The position numbers were made by a program, and so were the translations under genes. Below are positions 58,361 through 64,000 of a stretch of DNA of 64,000 nt, in pieces. The notes below the pieces were generated by a model. The model worked only from the letters and a program-made list of their open reading frames with translations, was not told the origin of the DNA and did not search any database. This stretch comes from an uncultured Prevotellaceae bacterium (GTDB lineage Bacteria > Bacteroidota > Bacteroidia > Bacteroidales > Muribaculaceae): positions 2,227 through 66,226 of the forward strand of contig CAMVAP010000012.1 in assembly GCA_947165485.1 (NCBI GenBank), written 5' to 3'. How positions within the stretch are numbered: position 1 is the first letter of the stretch; each line of letters opens with the position of its first letter.

Positions 58361-60280
58361 CTAGGATTTAGCGTTTAACTCTTCTTTGATCGCTTTTTCC
58401 AGCGATTGGGCATCCATGCCACAGCGCTCATACAGCTGTGCCACGGTACCCTGATGTACAAACTCGTCCTGCACACCCAGCATCCTCAAGCGGTTGGTCT
58501 TGTGGTGGCGGGTCATCCACTCGGCAACAGCCGACCCCATACCGCCCACAACGGTACCGTCCTCGATGGTGATGAGGCTGGAGTAGCGGGTCGTGGCTTC
58601 TTCGAGGATTTCCTCGTCAATCGGCTTGGCAAAGATCATGTCATAATGGCCCACTTGGATTCCCTGTTGAGCCAGGTTGCTCACGACCTCAATGACCTCA
58701 TTGCCGATGTGACCGATGCTCAGGACTGCTACACCCTGACCTTGACTCATGCGGCGGCCTCGACCGATGGGGAGTGCCTCCATCTCGTTATGCCACTCGG
58801 TGAGGACTCCCTTGCCTCGGGGATAACGGATGGCAAACGGGCCGACACCGTCCTGCTGGGCGGTGAACATGAGGTTGCGCAGGTCGTGCTCGTTGATGGG
58901 CGAGGCCACGATCATCCCAGGAATGCAGCGCAGGTAGGCCAGGTCAAACAGGCCGTGGTGAGTCACTCCGTCCTCGCCCACAATGCCGCCACGGTCGATG
59001 CAGAAGGTGACGGGCAGGCCCTGGATGGCCACGTCGTGGATGATGGAGTCATAGCCTCGTTGCAGGAACGTGCTGTAGATTGCGCAGTAGGGATGCATTC
59101 CGTCCTTGGCAAGACCTCCGGCAAAGGTCACGGCATGACCCTCGCTGATGCCTACGTCAAAGGCGCGTGTGGGCATCGCTTCCAGCATCATCGACATCGA
59201 GGTGCCACTGGGCATGGCTGCCGTGATGCCCACGATTCTGTCGTTCTTCTCGGCGAGTTCAACAAGCGTCTTGCCAAACACGTCTTGATACTTGATGGGA
59301 CCGCCCTTGCCGCCCTTGGACCGCTCTCCGGTTTCCTCGTCAAACTTGCCTGGAGCGTGCCATGTGGCGGGATCGGCCTCGGCGGCGGCAAAGCCTTTAC
59401 CCTTGACCGTGCGCACGTGGACGAGCTTGGGACCGGTCATGTCCTTGATCTCATTGAAAATCTTGACCAGGCGCTTCACGTCATGCCCGTCATATAGCCC
59501 AAAGTAGCGGATGTTCAAGCCCTCAAAGATATTTTGCTGGCCCGAGAATAGCGACTTCAACGCATTGCTGAAACGCATGATCAAACCCTTGCGGTTATCA
59601 TTGATGACGTTGTGACGGCGCAGGAACTGATAGGCCTTATAGCGCATCTTGTTGTAACGGTGGGACGTGTGCAGGTCGTTCATGTAGGAACTCAGCGCTC
59701 CCACGTTGGCATCGATGGCCATGTCGTTGTCGTTGAGGACAATGATCAGGTTGTTGGGATTGGTCGTGGCATTGTTGATGCCTTCAAAGGCCAGTCCGCC
59801 GCTGATGCTGGCATCACCGATGATGGCCACCACCTTGCGATGGGCGTTGTGTTGCAGCTCGGCGGCAATGGCCATGCCCAGCGCTGCCGATATGGAATTG
59901 GAGGCATGACCCGCAGTGAAGGTGTCATACTCGCTCTCGGCGGGGTTGGGAAATCCGCTCAGGCCGTCCAGCTTGCGGTTGTCGTCAAACTGGTCGCGAC
60001 GGCCCGTCAATATCTTGTGGGCATAGGCCTGATGACCCACATCCCACACCAGGCGGTCATCGGGCGTGTTGAAAACGTAATGCAGAGCCACCACAATCTC
60101 CACGGCACCCATGCTCGACGCAAAGTGGCCCGGATTGCTCGATAGCTCGTGAATCATATATTGCCGCAACTCGTGGCACACCTGGGGCAACTGGTCGATG
60201 TCCAGTTTGCGCAGGTCGGCAGGGCTGTCGATCTGTGCCAGTAGGGGGCAATGCTCTTGGATATATGGTTTAGTCGTCAT
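58361..60280 (-). CDS. dxs: 1-deoxy-D-xylulose-5-phosphate synthase
   Basis: WDVGHQAYAHKILTGR, IGDASISGG, NDND, DVGISEGHA, FLQRGYD and RYPRG. Confidence 0.98.
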   Translation of the reverse strand: MTTKPYIQEHCPLLAQIDSPADLRKLDIDQLPQVCHELRQYMIHELSSNPGHFASSMGAVEIVVALHYVFNTPDDRLVWDVGHQAYAHKILTGRRDQFDDNRKLDGLSGFPNPAESEYDTFTAGHASNSISAALGMAIAAELQHNAHRKVVAIIGDASISGGLAFEGINNATTNPNNLIIVLNDNDMAIDANVGALSSYMNDLHTSHRYNKMRYKAYQFLRRHNVINDNRKGLIMRFSNALKSLFSGQQNIFEGLNIRYFGLYDGHDVKRLVKIFNEIKDMTGPKLVHVRTVKGKGFAAAEADPATWHAPGKFDEETGERSKGGKGGPIKYQDVFGKTLVELAEKNDRIVGITAAMPSGTSMSMMLEAMPTRAFDVGISEGHAVTFAGGLAKDGMHPYCAIYSTFLQRGYDSIIHDVAIQGLPVTFCIDRGGIVGEDGVTHHGLFDLAYLRCIPGMIVASPINEHDLRNLMFTAQQDGVGPFAIRYPRGKGVLTEWHNEMEALPIGRGRRMSQGQGVAVLSIGHIGNEVIEVVSNLAQQGIQVGHYDMIFAKPIDEEILEEATTRYSSLITIEDGTVVGGMGSAVAEWMTRHHKTNRLRMLGVQDEFVHQGTVAQLYERCGMDAQSLEKAIKEELNAKS

Positions 60281-60285
60281 GGTTA

Positions 60286-60465
60286 TTAATCAGATTTCTT
60301 CCTCACATATTTCTTGTAGAGAGGGACAAAAACGATGATGCCTGATGCTACGATGGTGAAAATCACCATAAAGTCGATTCTTGCTGCTCTTGTGAGCAAC
60401 ATCCAGCACAATCCCACCCACAGGAGCAGGATGCAGGCAAAGCGTATCATATTACCTGTTGTCAT
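60286..60465 (-). CDS. Small two-TM membrane protein (hypothetical)
   Basis: Two hydrophobic segments and a basic tail; lies between a -7 element (60493-60500) and dxs. ATG at 60465 preferred. Confidence 0.6.
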   Translation of the reverse strand: MTTGNMIRFACILLLWVGLCWMLLTRAARIDFMVIFTIVASGIIVFVPLYKKYVRKKSD

Positions 60466-60601
60466 AGCAGCATTGTGATCATATCTAAACTGCAAAGGTA
60501 ATCATAAATTTGTGAAACTTGCCCCTGTTGTCTTTTTTTTAGCACATTTTCAACAAATAAAAGACTTGTCACCCTAGCATGGGTATCGATTGATAGAAAG
60601 A

Positions 60602-60633
60602 AAGTGGAGGCGCAGTCGGTTGCACCTCCACTT
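60602..60633 (-). terminator. Intrinsic terminator of the C10 protease gene
   Basis: Minus strand AAGTGGAGGTGCA-ACCGAC-TGCGCCTCCACTT followed by T-rich sequence. Confidence 0.75.
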
Positions 60634-60661
60634 GTGTCGTCGGTCTTGGAACCGCGGGTGA

Positions 60662-62065
60662 TCAATTGTTGCCCGAGACCAGCTTGTCGATCAGAGTGGA
60701 CAAGTCTTCGATATTAACCGATTCGTCTTGATTTACATCGGCAGCGGCAGGTGCTTCGGCACCACTCAGCAGATAGTCAATCAGTACAGTCACATCGGAG
60801 ATGGTGACCTCACCGTCACCGTCAACGTCGCCATACTTCACCTCGGGGTCCTCACCACCAGGGATGACATAACCATCGTAGGGATACATGCCGATAATCA
60901 TCTCGTTTCCGCCGTTGCTACCCTGGCTGAAGTCCCACACCTCACTGTCACCATAGGGGTTGAAGGCAAGGGCGTTAATTTCAAACCAGCCGTTGAACCT
61001 TCCGTTGAAACCCCAGTTCATGTGGAACTTGCCATCGGCGTCAACACCGTCAAGAACCCAGGCATGGCCTTCATAGAGGTCATGGTAGGGGATGGGACGG
61101 CCTGCTTCGAGCTCGGTACAGATAAGCTCACACCATTCATCAATGGTATATTTGTTACTATTGGAGCAGTAGTAGGAGGGATCTTTACCAATCAGTTGCA
61201 TGTTCTTGTTGAAACCAAAGGTTATGAAAGCGTCGCGCTGATCATAAGTATAAGAGCCTGTTGAAGTTGAATTGGCATTACCATAGCGAGCCTTGCAGGC
61301 TTGTCCGCAATAGCGGCTCAGCTTGGCTACTTCATTGGCCTGCTCTTCGGTAAAGGGTGCATAACCCGTGGGGTTACCAGTCTCAGGGTTGTGAATGTAG
61401 TAGTTGTCAAGCATTTTGCTATAGTCAAATGTGGTGCCAGGCAATTCGGGGTACCACTGGTAGCCGGTTCCCTGGTAGCCAGGAAGATTGGGTACTTCAC
61501 TTGGATATTTCCAGTAGTAGCAGATTTGTGCCATGGCGAGCGGACCACAACCCACCGAAGTGCGTTCCCCACTACCGTTCAACGGACAAAGGCGGTTGAG
61601 CGGCTCACCTTGTCCCCAGTCGGTCTTCAGCAAAGGCTGGACAGCAGTCGCGAGCTTGATGGTTTTAGAGGGTACGGTTTGGCCCTTGTAAACCTGTGCT
61701 GTTTCAATCTGACCCTTGAGCATATTCAGGAAACCCTTCATGTTTTCGGGCAGGTTGTTTAAGTCGATGTTACCCTGGTCGCCATAGGCCAGAACCTGCT
61801 TGGCGCGGTCATCACCGGCCATGATGATCCAGCCACCGCCCTGGATGTTGAACACATAGTAGGCATTACCCTCGACCGATGATGCCTCGGTGTGGGTCAG
61901 CTTCAGGCCCGAGAGTGAGCTGGACTTGAAGGCCGTGGACTGGTGTTGCTGGAGAAACTTGCCAGCAGCGGCACGGGCAGCCTCGGCATCAATGTTACCA
62001 CTGGCGGCATTAAATGCCATTAGACCCACTGCGGCCAGCATGGATAAAGTTTTCTTGTAGTTCAT
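60662..62065 (-). CDS. C10 family cysteine protease with I69 prodomain and C-terminal dockerin
   Basis: YYVFNIQGGGWIIMAGDD; WGQGEPLN..CP; SVGCGPLAMAQ, GHAWVLDGV and HMNWGF; GDVDGDGEVTISD / ADVNQDESVNIED. Confidence 0.9.
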   Translation of the reverse strand: MNYKKTLSMLAAVGLMAFNAASGNIDAEAARAAAGKFLQQHQSTAFKSSSLSGLKLTHTEASSVEGNAYYVFNIQGGGWIIMAGDDRAKQVLAYGDQGNIDLNNLPENMKGFLNMLKGQIETAQVYKGQTVPSKTIKLATAVQPLLKTDWGQGEPLNRLCPLNGSGERTSVGCGPLAMAQICYYWKYPSEVPNLPGYQGTGYQWYPELPGTTFDYSKMLDNYYIHNPETGNPTGYAPFTEEQANEVAKLSRYCGQACKARYGNANSTSTGSYTYDQRDAFITFGFNKNMQLIGKDPSYYCSNSNKYTIDEWCELICTELEAGRPIPYHDLYEGHAWVLDGVDADGKFHMNWGFNGRFNGWFEINALAFNPYGDSEVWDFSQGSNGGNEMIIGMYPYDGYVIPGGEDPEVKYGDVDGDGEVTISDVTVLIDYLLSGAEAPAAADVNQDESVNIEDLSTLIDKLVSGNN

Positions 62066-62264
62066 AGTTTTTTTGTTAAGCGATTAATGAATTAATGAAT
62101 AAAAGTAGTTATGTTAACAATATGTTGTCTCTTGAGTAAAAGGTATTTAATGTTAATCTTGCTGGATTGGTTAACAGTATGCAAAATTAGCATATTTTTT
62201 GGTTGTATGGGGCTTTTATACATTTTTTTTTACATCACTTCCTGAAAAATCGCGACTACTCACC

Positions 62265-62310
62265 AAAAACAAGAGGGGTGGATCCGGCGCTATGACCGAT
62301 TCCACCTCTC
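62265..62310 (-). terminator. Probable intrinsic terminator between the tandem C10 genes
   Basis: Minus strand GAGAGGTGGAATCGG-N8-CCGGATCCACCCCTC followed by TTGTTTTTG. Confidence 0.65.
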
Positions 62311-62339
62311 ATTGCATGATCTAGTTGGATGTTTCTGTA

Positions 62340-63992
62340 TCAATTGCCGCTCAGCAGGGTGTCAATGAGCAGCGTCACATCGTCGATGTTGACCGTGGCA
62401 TGGTTGCCTGCCAGCAGGTAGTCGATGACGGTGGTCACATCGTCAATGCCGAATGGCGCATTGAACTTGGCAAGGTTGCCGATGACATTGAGCTGGCCGT
62501 CCTCACAGTTGATTGTCGTGAGCGCGCGCGGGCTATTGGTGTAGTAGTTAAACTTCACGAGGTAGCTGCCTGTCTCCATGGTCGTGGGCAATGTGATCTT
62601 GCCGGACAAGGTGTTGCCCTGGGTGTAATCGGTGGTGGTCACGGCAATGGCACTACTCTGGGCAACGCCCTTACCGCTGGCCTGGTTGATGCTGAAGATG
62701 AAATTCAGCTTGGCATTGGTCGTGTGGATGTTCACGTTTTGAGCCTCAACGGGCATTTCCTCACCCAGCACAAGCAATGTTGAGGGACCGGTGATGCCAT
62801 CGGCCTCGATGAGGCAATAGGTGGGAGGCTCAATGCCGGTGAGCATTTCGTGCGCAGTGTTGAATTTCAAGACCTCGCCACTGCGGTGGGTCATGTTAAG
62901 GGCGGTCGAGGTGTACCAGCCGTCACATGTTCCATACCAGCCAAAGTTGAAGTGGAACAAGCCGTTGCTGTCATATCCGTCGCACACAAAGGCATGGCCG
63001 CCGCCACCGTTCACATCGTTGGCCGAGTACAGGATGGGACGACGGGCATCAAGCTCTGTCCTGATCATGGCTTCCCATTCCTCGTCGCTGTAGTTACTGC
63101 TCCACCAGCCGCTACGGGTTACGTCCTGGGCGCTGGAACTGAAACCAAACTTCTTCATGGCGCTCAACTGGTTGGAAACTGTGGCACCGCTGCCGTCGGG
63201 ATGATAACCCATTCTCACGGCTTGGCCGCAGTAGCGGGCGAGCTTGGCGACAGCCTGGGCCTGCTCATCGGTGTAGCTGTCCTGAATCAATTGGCTCTGA
63301 TCCCAATCCCAGTGGCAATAGGAGGTGAGCATCATGCTGTAATCAAATGTGGTCTCGGGCAATGCCGGCACGGTCTGTCCTATTTCATAGCAATAGAAGG
63401 AGTTCAGGCTGGGACTTGTCGTGGGGTATTGCCAGTAATACATGACTTGACTCATGGCTGTGGCAACGCAGCCCACCGCACAATATTCACCTTGATACAC
63501 CGGACATTGCAGGCAGTAAGGTATCTCTTGACCCCAGATGGCTGTGATCAACGGCTGCACGCTGCTGCCTGAACTGGCGCGCAGCGATGGGCTGACCTTG
63601 ATCTCGGGATGGTTCTGCAAGAACTCGATCTCTTCCTTGTAGCTGCCCATCAGGGCTTTGAAGCTATCAGGCAGGTTGTTGAAGTCCAGACGCCCGCTGT
63701 CATTGTATCCCAGCACCTGGTTGGCGCGGTCTTCACCTGCGATGATGATCCATCCGCCTCCCTCGATGTTGAAGGCATAGTAGGCATGGGCACCAGCAAC
63801 CGATGCCTCGGCATGAACTAGTTTCAGGTCGTTGCGGGATACCGATTTAATGGTCTTGCCCGCAGCAACTTGCTGCTTGAGGAACTGGTTGGCTACATGA
63901 CTTGCACTGGTCGCGTCGATGTTGTTGGCTGCCGTCTGTAGCGATAACATCGCAAATCCTGTCGCTAGGCAGGAATACATGATTCGTTTCAT
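62340..63992 (-). CDS. C10 family cysteine protease with extra beta-domain and degenerate dockerin-like tail
   Basis: YYAFNIEGGGWIIIAGED; WGQEIPY..CP; AVGCVATAMSQ, GHAFVCDGY and HFNFGW; tail IDDVTTVIDYLL...NIDDVTLLIDTLL. Confidence 0.9.
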   Translation of the reverse strand: MKRIMYSCLATGFAMLSLQTAANNIDATSASHVANQFLKQQVAAGKTIKSVSRNDLKLVHAEASVAGAHAYYAFNIEGGGWIIIAGEDRANQVLGYNDSGRLDFNNLPDSFKALMGSYKEEIEFLQNHPEIKVSPSLRASSGSSVQPLITAIWGQEIPYCLQCPVYQGEYCAVGCVATAMSQVMYYWQYPTTSPSLNSFYCYEIGQTVPALPETTFDYSMMLTSYCHWDWDQSQLIQDSYTDEQAQAVAKLARYCGQAVRMGYHPDGSGATVSNQLSAMKKFGFSSSAQDVTRSGWWSSNYSDEEWEAMIRTELDARRPILYSANDVNGGGGHAFVCDGYDSNGLFHFNFGWYGTCDGWYTSTALNMTHRSGEVLKFNTAHEMLTGIEPPTYCLIEADGITGPSTLLVLGEEMPVEAQNVNIHTTNAKLNFIFSINQASGKGVAQSSAIAVTTTDYTQGNTLSGKITLPTTMETGSYLVKFNYYTNSPRALTTINCEDGQLNVIGNLAKFNAPFGIDDVTTVIDYLLAGNHATVNIDDVTLLIDTLLSGN

Positions 63993-64000
63993 TTTACTCA

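Overview
This window is a stretch of Bacteroidales chromosome; a Muribaculaceae/Prevotellaceae-like organism is inferred from gene content and TTTG-N19-21-TAnnTTTG promoters. The left edge (1-2631) is the end of a prophage or integrative element: a 5'-truncated structural-type gene and a tyrosine integrase inserted at the 3' end of tRNA-Ser(CGA). The rest is mostly housekeeping: rpe, DedA, thiL-punA-lpxK-sppA, YgiQ, uvrB, a complete glycine-cleavage operon with split P protein, porin, mazG, topB, tRNA-Cys, recJ-recQ, korAB, lolA-ftsK and dxs-trkA-trkH. Secreted or surface proteins are interspersed. Two layers stand out. (1) Six signal-peptide proteins end in a dockerin (one degenerate) where Bacteroidales relatives usually carry a T9SS C-terminal domain. 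None is a glycoside hydrolase: three are C10 cysteine proteases and two belong to the Omp28 thiol-redox operon. Two other secreted proteins end in a conventional T9SS-like CTD. (2) A family of intergenic heptamer tandem arrays has CTAA/CTAG in every unit, so they place stop codons in all six frames. Three copies are built around a shared TGCGGATGCCA core, and two of those bracket a DUF4251 gene as inverted repeats. Several unexplained DNA/RNA hairpin elements are also present. Family assignments come from motif recognition by eye, not database searches.
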